32,000 nt of DNA from Faecalibaculum rodentium. GTDB taxonomy: Bacteria; Bacillota_I; Bacilli_A; Erysipelotrichales; Erysipelotrichaceae. This document shows positions 15,122-23,156 of the stretch, piece by piece. The DNA is taken from the NCBI RefSeq assembly GCF_001564455.1, contig NZ_CP011391.1, positions 2,510,487 to 2,542,486 on the forward strand, given 5' to 3'. Below the pieces are notes generated by a model that searched no databases, was not told where the DNA came from, and saw only the letters and a list, made by a program, of their open reading frames with translations. Numbering within the stretch: the first letter of the stretch is position 1; each line of letters starts with the position of its first letter. Both the position numbers and the translations under genes were made by a program.

Positions 15122-17556
15122 TTCAGTATCTGATAGAATTCCTGCAGCGCCTGTTCATTGAAGGCCCTGGCCTCGAACGGCTTCAGATCCAGCTCATGAT
15201 CATACGCTTTGACCATACCGTCATAGAGTCCCTGCTGACTGTCTTCCACCAGTTCACCATATCCCTGTTCCAGGAATTCCCGCGGTCCGGTGATGTTGGT
15301 GGAAACGACCGGTTTGTCCAGAATCAGGGCTTCCATGATGGACATGGGCAGACCTTCGTAGAACGAGGACAGGATGAAGCAGTCACATTTTGCCAGAATC
15401 GGGAAGGGATTGGAGAGGGACTGAATCAGGACCACGTTCTTCAGTGCATGTTCCTGACAGTACTCGCACAGTTCCCTGTGTTCACCCCCATGACCCCCTA
15501 TGACAAACAGCGCAGAATCCGGGTGATTTCGGCTGAAGTCCTCGAATGCCAGAATCAGCCGTTTCAGGCCTTTTTCCGGTGAATACCGGGCGACGTCAAT
15601 GAACTTGAATACAGACGCATCATCCAGGATTTCCCTGATTTCCTCCACTGTATGGGTGGATTCCGTGTTTTCGTCAAAGGCAAGGGGCAGCGCGGCATTT
15701 TCCAGGATGCGTTCTATGTTGTTTACATTGTGCACCACTTTAATTTTGTCCTGCGGAATACCCGGAACCAGGTCCATGATTTCCGGCACCATGCTCTCCC
15801 GGATGGCCACAATGTTGTCAAAGTCCCGGTAGGCACGGAGAATGGACGGAATGTGATAATTGGATCTCGTGTCCTTTTCCTTACGCATGTCATTATGAAC
15901 ATAGATGACACTGTGGGTATCTTTCATCTGCCCGAACAGGGCGGCAATGTTTCTCTCATATCCCGTGAAGTGAATGACATCCGAGAACTGGTTCCCGGCA
16001 AAAATTCTCTTTGCTTCTCTCTGGAACATTCTGTCTATGTGGTCCATCACAAATCCGGATGTGATGTTGAACCGGTAGTACAGAAGCTGGCAGAAGGCAT
16101 CCATGATGGTGATGTCCTTCCATCCCTGGATGGAAATATAGGATATGCCTTTGGGAAAATCAGAAATGACATAGTTGTACTTCTGCACCCGCTGCTTGAA
16201 GAACATGACGAAGAAATTGTACTTCTCTGTGTCCAGGTGATTCAGGAGCCCCCGCAAAGAAGTCGTCAATCCGTTCTGGGCCAGGGAACCGCCGAAAATC
16301 AGCACATTGCGTTTTCCGTTGCGATAGCTTGTTCCATCAATCAGATGCAGTTCATTGCTTCCAAAGAAAATCTGGTCCCGGATCATGGCAGCTGTATCCT
16401 GATCGTCCCAGGGATCGAAGCGTTTCACGAACTCCGGATAGGGTCTCGTGACAGGATCATTGATTTCCCGGATCAGTTTCTGTACCGTATCCGCCCTCGG
16501 GAAGGGAAGCTCCTCATAGGGAATGTATACACCGCGCGTGGCAAAGTACTCGTCTTCGTCATAGGCGAAGAGAACGATTTTCCGTCCTGTATTGGCAAAG
16601 TCGAAGAAGACACTGGAATAATCCGTCACAAGACAATCTGCAATGGACAGAAATTCATAGGTTTCGTATTCTTTCGGGAACGGAAGGATGTGCTTGTAGC
16701 CGTCAAATTCGAGTTCGGCATTGAGGAAATTGTGGAGGTTTACGTAAAATACCTGATCATCCCGCAGGCGTTTGTCGATTTCCATCAGAAAATACCTGAC
16801 TGCCAGCAGCTGTTCCTGCACAGATCTTCTGGCGACGGTTCCTCGCCACGTGGGCATATAGGCAATGACCTGTTTGTCGGTCAGCTCCAGTTTCCTGCGA
16901 AGTGCTTCCTGCTGTGACGTCTGATAAAACACATAGTTTCTCGGGTAGCCGTTCAGTGCGTATTTCCCCGGAAACAGCTCATTGAGCATATAGTCTTCCC
17001 GCATGTGTTCAAACGTGAATTCATTGGGATACAGCAGGTAATCCGCCATGAAGAAGTTTCTCTGTGTGTTTCCGATTTCATTGGGAGCAGAGATGATGGA
17101 TCGACCCAGCGTTTTCAGCGGCGTGCCGTGCCAGGTGTTGAAAAACACCTGCTCCGGACGCTTGATGAAATACACCGGGAGGGTGGAATTGTTGAACAGA
17201 TATTTTGCCGTGGCAATGGCCCGGCAGTATTCATGGGAATGCACTTCCACCAGTTCAAAATCGGTAAACCCGTGGAATTCCAGAAAAGACTGCACCTCCG
17301 CATGGTTTTTTCTGTTGCAGGCAATGACCTTCCGGTATTCCTTCAGACGCGGATCATCCGCAATGGCTTTATAGATATAGAACACATTTCCTGAAAAGTT
17401 GTTGGCGCTGTAGGATTCAAAAAAAATCGTCTTTTCGTCAATGGGTTCCTTTTCATAGTATCGGGTGAAGTGAAATCTGGCCCGGTAGGCTCTGTTTTTC
17501 CGGAAACTCCGGAAATTCCTGCGGATGGCTTTCCAGGTCTTTTTTATTGAACTCAT
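15118..17556 (-). CDS. Bifunctional protein: N-terminal TagF-like CDP-glycerol glycerophosphotransferase fused to a C-terminal GT4 (GT-B) glycosyltransferase
   Basis: N-terminal half: FNTWHGTPLKTLG, AYMPTWRGT, VTDYSSVFFDF. C-terminal half: ARYSPEKGLKRLI...FVIGGHG...SSFYEGLPMSIMEALILDKPVVSTN (Glycos_transf_1 EX7E region). I prefer the ATG at 17556 (ATGA overlap with the tagD stop) over the GTG at 17565. Confidence 0.85.
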   Translation of the reverse strand: MSSIKKTWKAIRRNFRSFRKNRAYRARFHFTRYYEKEPIDEKTIFFESYSANNFSGNVFYIYKAIADDPRLKEYRKVIACNRKNHAEVQSFLEFHGFTDFELVEVHSHEYCRAIATAKYLFNNSTLPVYFIKRPEQVFFNTWHGTPLKTLGRSIISAPNEIGNTQRNFFMADYLLYPNEFTFEHMREDYMLNELFPGKYALNGYPRNYVFYQTSQQEALRRKLELTDKQVIAYMPTWRGTVARRSVQEQLLAVRYFLMEIDKRLRDDQVFYVNLHNFLNAELEFDGYKHILPFPKEYETYEFLSIADCLVTDYSSVFFDFANTGRKIVLFAYDEDEYFATRGVYIPYEELPFPRADTVQKLIREINDPVTRPYPEFVKRFDPWDDQDTAAMIRDQIFFGSNELHLIDGTSYRNGKRNVLIFGGSLAQNGLTTSLRGLLNHLDTEKYNFFVMFFKQRVQKYNYVISDFPKGISYISIQGWKDITIMDAFCQLLYYRFNITSGFVMDHIDRMFQREAKRIFAGNQFSDVIHFTGYERNIAALFGQMKDTHSVIYVHNDMRKEKDTRSNYHIPSILRAYRDFDNIVAIRESMVPEIMDLVPGIPQDKIKVVHNVNNIERILENAALPLAFDENTESTHTVEEIREILDDASVFKFIDVARYSPEKGLKRLILAFEDFSRNHPDSALFVIGGHGGEHRELCEYCQEHALKNVVLIQSLSNPFPILAKCDCFILSSFYEGLPMSIMEALILDKPVVSTNITGPREFLEQGYGELVEDSQQGLYDGMVKAYDHELDLKPFEARAFNEQALQEFYQILK

Positions 17557-18023
17557 TCTGCCCACATCTCCTGCGGACCGGACACCTGTCCACCTTGATC
17601 AGCATCGCCAGCAGTCCCCTGACCGGCGTTTTCCTGCCTGCTTCCCAGCTCATCCTTCAACTGCGTCGTGCTGATGCCTTCTGTGCGCGGCAGATATACC
17701 ACGTCACAGTACTCCTTCAGGTCATCGAACCTGCCCTTCCAGTCGTCTCCCATGACAAATACATCCACATCATGGTCCTGGATATCCCTGACCTTCTGGT
17801 CCCAGCTGGTTTCGGGAATCACTTCATCCACATAGCGGATGGCTTTTACGATTTCCATCCGGTCCCGATCGCTGATCTGGCATTTCTTGCCTTTGATGGC
17901 ATTGAAGGCGTCACTGGAAACACCCACAATCAGGTAATCCCCCAGTTCTCTTGCCCGCCTCAGCAGATTCAGATGTCCGATATGGAACAGATCGAAGGTT
18001 CCGTATGTGATCACTTTTTTCAT
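17553..18023 (-). CDS. tagD: Glycerol-3-phosphate cytidylyltransferase
   Basis: MKKVITYGTFDLFHIGHLNLLRRARELGDYLIVGVSSD... plus RTEGISTT, the canonical TagD/cytidylyltransferase motifs. It carries an extra ~30-aa low-complexity Gly/Gln/Asp C-terminal tail. Confidence 0.92.
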   Translation of the reverse strand: MKKVITYGTFDLFHIGHLNLLRRARELGDYLIVGVSSDAFNAIKGKKCQISDRDRMEIVKAIRYVDEVIPETSWDQKVRDIQDHDVDVFVMGDDWKGRFDDLKEYCDVVYLPRTEGISTTQLKDELGSRQENAGQGTAGDADQGGQVSGPQEMWAE

Positions 18024-18904
18024 GGTGTGTCTCTCCTTGTCATTCTTTGTGCGAGGGCTGTGTCATCGCTGAAAAATATATCCACGCCCGCTGCCTGCGC
18101 CCGGCGTATCTCTTCTTCCGTGTCCAGTGTCCAGACTGAATACAGTTTTCTGTATGAATGGATCCATTCTCCCATCTCCGAGCTGATCCATTTCCGGTTC
18201 ACGGACACGATATCGATATCGGGATCAGTGAGTCCCAGCTGCACATCATTCAGATCCATGGCCAGATACAGCACCGGCATTCGGGGAAATGCGTTCCGCA
18301 GTTCGCGGATCAGGGCAGCATCTTTGCATTGTACAGTTATATTTTCCTCCATCCCGCAGGTTTTAACAATTTCAATGAATTTTACGACTTCTTCCTGGAC
18401 AGGACGGACTTCCACGATATAGTGGACGGTCTTTCCATATCTTCCAAACACATCCTCCAGGGAGTGAATCTGCTCCCCATTGGCTGTGCGCAGGGTCTGT
18501 ATCTGCCGGTCGGTCATGTTTCGGTATTCCTGATTCACACCTGTGATCCGGAGGGCGTTTTCGTCATGACTCACATACAGCGTCCCGTCTTTCGACAGCA
18601 CCAGATCCTGCTCAATATTTCCCGATCCCTTCCGGATCGCTGCATCGTAAGATGACCAGGTATGCTCCACATGATCGATGGAGTCCCCGCGATGAGAATA
18701 ATACACCGGAATGCGCCCCTCTTTCTGTTTTTGTCTTGCCTCGGCCTCAAATGCTGCAGCCTGCTGCGGACGCAGGGGTGTTTGCTCCAGGTATCGCGGG
18801 GATATGACTGACAGTCGAGGAATCTGGAAGAGTATGGCTGAAAGATAACCGAAAAACAGGGCAGCAGCCAGTGCCGCTGTCCCTCTTTTTTTCAGCCGGT
18901 TCAT
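18020..18904 (-). CDS. Membrane-anchored glycerophosphodiester phosphodiesterase (GDPD family)
   Basis: Start MNRLKKRG at 18904 (ATGA overlap with the tagH stop). N-terminal TM AALAAALFFGYLSAILF. Catalytic region YYSHRGDSIDHVEHTWSSYDAAIRKGSGNIEQDLVLSKDGTLYVSHD matches the GDPD HR(G)..E..D signature. Confidence 0.85.
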   Translation of the reverse strand: MNRLKKRGTAALAAALFFGYLSAILFQIPRLSVISPRYLEQTPLRPQQAAAFEAEARQKQKEGRIPVYYSHRGDSIDHVEHTWSSYDAAIRKGSGNIEQDLVLSKDGTLYVSHDENALRITGVNQEYRNMTDRQIQTLRTANGEQIHSLEDVFGRYGKTVHYIVEVRPVQEEVVKFIEIVKTCGMEENITVQCKDAALIRELRNAFPRMPVLYLAMDLNDVQLGLTDPDIDIVSVNRKWISSEMGEWIHSYRKLYSVWTLDTEEEIRRAQAAGVDIFFSDDTALAQRMTRRDTP

Positions 18905-19719
18905 GAAACCAGGCGTTTCCACCAGCTTTTTTTCTCTTCCTTCGGCAGGAGTCTCTTCCTGAATTTCTCATCCAGAAACTTCCGCTTTTCCGGACCCTTC
19001 ATGGCATTCATCTTTTCCACATACTCCGAATAGTGTCCCGCCACTTCATTCACGGGACCCATCTCCACCAGAGAGCCTCCTTCGATCCACATCCCTGTGG
19101 TGCAGAAGTTTTTGACCTGGTCAAGGGAATGGGAAATGAAGAATATGGTTTTTCCCTCATCATCGCGCAGCTGCATCATCCGGTCCATGCATTTTTTTGC
19201 AAATCCCCGGTCCCCGACAGACAGGGCTTCATCCACAATGAAAATATCGGGGTTGAGCGCCAGGGAAATCGCAAACCCCAGACGGGATTTCATGCCGGAA
19301 GAATATTTCTTGACGGGCTGATACAGAAAATCCCCGATTTCCGCGAAATTGATCACATCCTGCGTGATTTCCTCGATTCGCTTCTTTTTGAGTCCGAGAA
19401 GGGCACCCTTCACTTTTATGTTCTCCAGCCCCGTCAGCTGGTTGTTCAGACCTGTATTGATTGCAACCAGGCTCTGCTCACCATTGATTTCAATGGTTCC
19501 GGAATCGATATCCGAAATGCCGGACAGAAGCAGGGACAGGGTGGATTTCCCGGAGCCGTTGGTTCCCAGGATCCCCACGACATCTCCTTTCTTCACTTCG
19601 AAGGAGACGTCCTTCAGTGCATAGAAGCGGGAAGAATCCGTGCGGTGCTGATTGTCCTTGTTTCTCAGATCATAGATTTTCGACACGTTTGTGGCGCGTA
19701 CTGCAATATCTGCATCCAT
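18901..19719 (-). CDS. tagH: Teichoic-acid/polysaccharide export ABC transporter, ATP-binding protein
   Basis: Walker A GTNGSGKSTL, signature YSSGMKSRLGFA, Walker B IFIVDEALSVGD. Paired with an ABC-2 permease immediately upstream. Confidence 0.9.
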   Translation of the reverse strand: MDADIAVRATNVSKIYDLRNKDNQHRTDSSRFYALKDVSFEVKKGDVVGILGTNGSGKSTLSLLLSGISDIDSGTIEINGEQSLVAINTGLNNQLTGLENIKVKGALLGLKKKRIEEITQDVINFAEIGDFLYQPVKKYSSGMKSRLGFAISLALNPDIFIVDEALSVGDRGFAKKCMDRMMQLRDDEGKTIFFISHSLDQVKNFCTTGMWIEGGSLVEMGPVNEVAGHYSEYVEKMNAMKGPEKRKFLDEKFRKRLLPKEEKKSWWKRLVS

Positions 19720-19729
19720 GGCATGTCTC

Positions 19730-20560
19730 CTATATCAAATCGATGAATTTCTTCTTGAATTTGTACATCAGCATGCATCCGATGGCAAAGAGAACCAGGA
19801 CAATGACCCAGAAACACAGAGTCTGTGCCGGATGATTCCAGAAGAATTTGTGGTAAAAAATGGATTCCCGGTAGCCGTTGACAAGATAGTATACCGGATT
19901 GAGTTTCATGATCAGATTGATGTACCGGGCAAAGGGCACATGTGCACCAAACTGGCAGTCCCAGATAATGGGAGAGAAATACATGAGCATTCGTGTGAGT
20001 GACACAACGAGTTTCCGGATATCCCGCCACAGCATGGTGAGAACAGAGAGGATCAGGGCCACTGCCTCCACAAAGCAGAAAGCCGCAAAAATATAGTACA
20101 GGATTGAAATCCACCACCACTGCGGGTAGTAGCCGCAGGCCAGCAGCGTGATCAGCGCGATCACCAGCATGCATCCATGATTGAAGAACTCCTTGCAGAT
20201 CACCGTTGCCGGCAGGACAGAGACAGGGAACTTCATCTTTGTAATCACGTTGACCTTCGAGAAAATGGCATTGCATCCATTGGTGATGCATGGCTGCACA
20301 AACCACCAGCAGGCATAGCCCACCACCAGCCAGGGCAGATAGGAGACAGTGATTCCATTCACTTCCACCGGCTTGCGGTTCCAGGCAATGCCGAAAATCA
20401 GCCAGTAGGTGAGAACCTGGATGGCCGGAGACAGAAAGTTCCAGACAATCCCGAATTTGGAATCCCGCATATCTGCCAGGAGCTCATATTTGGATATACT
20501 GTAGATCCTGTAAAGGTTGCTGAAATTTTCCCTGATCACATAGCGTATGGCTGTAAACAC
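19730..20560 (-). CDS. tagG: Teichoic-acid/polysaccharide export ABC transporter permease (ABC-2 type)
   Basis: 276-aa polytopic protein, GTG start with AAAGGAG 9 nt upstream. N-terminus ...LYRIYSISKYELLADMRDSKFGIVWNFLSP is typical of TagG/ABC-2 permeases. Confidence 0.88.
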   Translation of the reverse strand: MFTAIRYVIRENFSNLYRIYSISKYELLADMRDSKFGIVWNFLSPAIQVLTYWLIFGIAWNRKPVEVNGITVSYLPWLVVGYACWWFVQPCITNGCNAIFSKVNVITKMKFPVSVLPATVICKEFFNHGCMLVIALITLLACGYYPQWWWISILYYIFAAFCFVEAVALILSVLTMLWRDIRKLVVSLTRMLMYFSPIIWDCQFGAHVPFARYINLIMKLNPVYYLVNGYRESIFYHKFFWNHPAQTLCFWVIVLVLFAIGCMLMYKFKKKFIDLI

Positions 20561-20676
20561 CAGACCACACTCCTTTCCATGCCGGCTGCCCGATACAGAC
20601 CGGTTTCAAACTGGGTATATATATCAGAATACACTCATAACAAGTGTTGATGGACACAACTCTGCCTGCTTTCCTT

Positions 20677-20702
20677 TATGATACGTCAATATGATACGTC
20701 AA
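20677..20702. repeat. Perfect 13-bp tandem direct repeat (2 copies) in the teichoic-acid operon upstream region
   Basis: tatgatacgtcaa occurs at 20677-20689 and again at 20690-20702. The minus strand reads TTGACGTATCATA twice. It lies 117 nt upstream of the tagG start and directly after a terminator-like hairpin. Confidence 0.9.
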
Positions 20703-20734
20703 AAGACAGAGAACTGCCGCGATTCCTCTCTGTC
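20701..20734 (-). terminator. Second terminator-like hairpin downstream of rpoE
   Basis: Minus strand: GACAGAGA (20734-20727) / TCTCTGTC (20712-20705), an 8-bp stem with a 14-nt loop, followed by TTTT (20704-20701). That T-run merges into the first TTGACG of the tandem repeat. Confidence 0.45.
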
Positions 20735-20754
20735 GCCTCTTCCGGAATGCTCTC

Positions 20755-20787
20755 AAAAAAAGACCAGTCTGCAGCCAGGCTGGTCGG
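20755..20787 (-). terminator. Rho-independent terminator of argS-rpoE
   Basis: Minus strand: GACCAG...CTGGTC stem (20785-20780 / 20767-20762) followed by a T7 run (complement of the A-run 20755-20761). Confidence 0.65.
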
Positions 20788-20841
20788 TTGATTGTCTGTT
20801 CCGTCTGCATGCAGAGTGGCTTCCGAAACGATTCCCGGTGG

Positions 20842-21147
20842 TTATTCTTCTCCCAGGTCCTCTTTTTCGGATTCTTCCTCTTCGTCGTCTTCCACGGACA
20901 GCGAATCTGTATCCACATTGCTTTCTGCCGAAGAGTATCTGGATTTCAGATCCCAGCGGTTTCCGGCAAGACTGAAGAAGCGTCCATCCATGGACAGATC
21001 CGTATAAAACTGTGCAATCTGATTGTCAGCCTGGGACGGGGTCAGGCCCATATCCCGGACCACACTGGACCACAGTTCAATGAACGACTGGGGTCCTTCG
21101 GATTTTGACAGAATGTCATAGGCTGTCTCGGTCATTGATTTCTTCAT
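20842..21147 (-). CDS. rpoE: DNA-directed RNA polymerase delta subunit (short form)
   Basis: The HARE-HTH-like N-domain containing QIAQFYTDLSMDGRFFSLAGNRWDLKSRY closely parallels B. subtilis RpoE (IAQFYTDLNIDGRF...W.L). Acidic tail SVEDDEEEESEKEDLGEE. Only 101 aa. Confidence 0.8.
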   Translation of the reverse strand: MKKSMTETAYDILSKSEGPQSFIELWSSVVRDMGLTPSQADNQIAQFYTDLSMDGRFFSLAGNRWDLKSRYSSAESNVDTDSLSVEDDEEEESEKEDLGEE

Positions 21148-21165
21148 GGAAACCTCCTTGAATGT

Positions 21166-22806
21166 TCACATCGTTTCCGGCGCGTTGACGCCAATAAGAG
21201 TCAGAGCCTCTGCGAGGACGATCCTGGCTGCATTCACCAGGGCAAGCCGCTTTGCCGACAGTTCGGGTGCATCGGGGTCAATGACCTTGCAGGCATTGTA
21301 GAAGCTGTGAAAATGCGAAGCCAGATTCTGTATGTAGTGTACGATTTTATGCACCTGTCTGGTTCTTGCTGCATCCTGCACCACTTTGGGGAATTCGGTC
21401 AGAACCTTCATCAGGGCAAGTTCCTTTTCGTGCTCAAGACCCGTGACATCTTCTGCAGGTTCCAGGCCCCTGGCTCCTTTGGCAATGGAACACATCCGGG
21501 CATGTGCATACTGTGCGTAGTAAACCGGGTTCTCATTGGATTTTCGGGCAGCCAGTTCCATATCGAAATCCAGATGTGAATCCAGAGCCCGCTGCACAAA
21601 AAAGTATCGCGCTGCGTCCACGCCCACACGTTCGCAGAGTTCGCGGATCGTGGTGGCATTTCCCAGACGCTTGGACATCTTCATTTCTTCCCCGTCGTTG
21701 ACCAGCCGGACCATCTGAATGATATCCACATGCAGCTTTTCCGGGTCATTGCCCAGTGCCTGCATGCCAGCCTTCAGACGGGTAACATACCCATGGTGAT
21801 CTGCCCCGAAGAAATCAATGATTTCATCATACTCACGCCCGTATTTGGTATCGTGATAGGCCAGATCCGGAACGAGATAGGTCAGGGATCCATCCTGTTT
21901 CCGAAGCACACGGTCCTTGTCATCCCCATAGCGGGTCGAGGCAAACCAGGTGGCTCCATCCTGTTCGTAACTCTGATCCGTTTCCTTCAGACGAGCCAGA
22001 ACGTTGTCCACCAGTCCGGCATCCCGGATGGTCTGTTCACTGCTCCACACATCGAAGCCCACACGGTAATCATTCAGATCCCGGCGGATTTTATCCAGTT
22101 CAAAGGAAATTCCTTCCCTGCGGAAAAAATCCAGATTTTCCGGCGTCTCTTCTATATAAACATCCCCATAGGCATCTGCAAGCTCTTTGCCCTTGAGACG
22201 GATGTCTTCTCCCAGATACCCGTCCTCGCCAATTTCCGCTTCGAGACCCAGGGCCTGGCGATACCGCGCCTGCAGGGATCTGGCCAGGTTGGCAATCTGG
22301 TTTCCCGCATCATTGACGTAATACTCCCGGGTCACATCATATCCGGCTTTTTTCATGATCCGGCTCACGGAATCACCCCAGGCAGCGCCTCTTGCATGAC
22401 CAAGGTGCAGCGAACCGGTGGGATTGGCCGATACATACTCAAGATTCACGCGGATGCCATTGGGAGCACCGTTGCCGTAATCGGATTTTTCCCGAAGGAT
22501 CTGACCGACCGCTGCCGCAAACGAATCCTGTGCCATGGTGAAATTCAGAAATCCCGGTCCGGCGACCTCCACGGACTGAATCCCGTACTTCTCCCTGTCC
22601 ACAGCCTGTGCCAGTGCTTCGGCAATCTGCCGCGGGTTCCTGCGCAGGACACGTGCCAGCTGCATCGCTGTATTCGCCGCAAAATCTCCGTGTTCCCTGC
22701 TTCTCGGTGTCTCAATGACAATCTCGTCTGCAGGCTTGTCCAGGTCAAATGCCTGCTTCAGGGCCTCACTGACCGCATTTCTGAGTTTTGTATCCGCTGA
22801 TTCCAT
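21166..22806 (-). CDS. argS: Arginine--tRNA ligase
   Basis: Class I synthetase motifs SANPTGSLHLGHARG (HIGH) and MSKRLG (KMSK), plus the C-terminal DALR anticodon-binding domain. I prefer the ATG at 22806 (AAAGGAG 8 nt upstream). The ORF-track start is 22827. Confidence 0.96.
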   Translation of the reverse strand: MESADTKLRNAVSEALKQAFDLDKPADEIVIETPRSREHGDFAANTAMQLARVLRRNPRQIAEALAQAVDREKYGIQSVEVAGPGFLNFTMAQDSFAAAVGQILREKSDYGNGAPNGIRVNLEYVSANPTGSLHLGHARGAAWGDSVSRIMKKAGYDVTREYYVNDAGNQIANLARSLQARYRQALGLEAEIGEDGYLGEDIRLKGKELADAYGDVYIEETPENLDFFRREGISFELDKIRRDLNDYRVGFDVWSSEQTIRDAGLVDNVLARLKETDQSYEQDGATWFASTRYGDDKDRVLRKQDGSLTYLVPDLAYHDTKYGREYDEIIDFFGADHHGYVTRLKAGMQALGNDPEKLHVDIIQMVRLVNDGEEMKMSKRLGNATTIRELCERVGVDAARYFFVQRALDSHLDFDMELAARKSNENPVYYAQYAHARMCSIAKGARGLEPAEDVTGLEHEKELALMKVLTEFPKVVQDAARTRQVHKIVHYIQNLASHFHSFYNACKVIDPDAPELSAKRLALVNAARIVLAEALTLIGVNAPETM

Positions 22807-22811
22807 CCTCG

Positions 22812-23156
22812 TCACTCCTTTGTCCATTCCAGCCGGAACCGATGCACGTCTCCTTCCAGCTCATATACCGCTTCTGCCTGCCCGTCGGCAATCTCAAGCC
22901 TGCGGACAACAGCTGTGGTTTCCATGCAGCCCCAGGGACTGTCAATGTGCACCGGACAGTGTTCTCCGTCCCGCAGCTGCATCCGGACTGTCATTTCTGT
23001 TCTGGAAACGATTTCCAGCCGCTTCTTTCCAAGAATCCAGGTCTGACTGAAATCAGGACTCTCAAACTCTATCTGAAGACCGTCCGGGAGTTCTTCCAGA
23101 TGTCCGGGTCCCTGAAACAGAAGGGTATCTCCCTTTATAAAACGAATGTCTGACAT
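22812..23156 (-). CDS. DUF1934 domain protein (YwiB-like)
   Basis: A 114-aa beta-rich protein immediately upstream of argS, as ywiB is in B. subtilis. Family assignment rests on synteny and general sequence character. The RBS is weak. Confidence 0.65.
   Translation of the reverse strand: MSDIRFIKGDTLLFQGPGHLEELPDGLQIEFESPDFSQTWILGKKRLEIVSRTEMTVRMQLRDGEHCPVHIDSPWGCMETTAVVRRLEIADGQAEAVYELEGDVHRFRLEWTKE

Noticed and set aside
20676-21108. ORFs 20676-20918 (-), 20691-20975 (+), 20788-21108 (+) and 20792-21007 (+) around the rpoE 3' end and the tag upstream region.
   Set aside because: - They overlap rpoE, or run through two terminator hairpins and the tandem repeat.
- Their composition is driven by the acidic-tail codons of rpoE (GAA/GAG repeats read in other frames).
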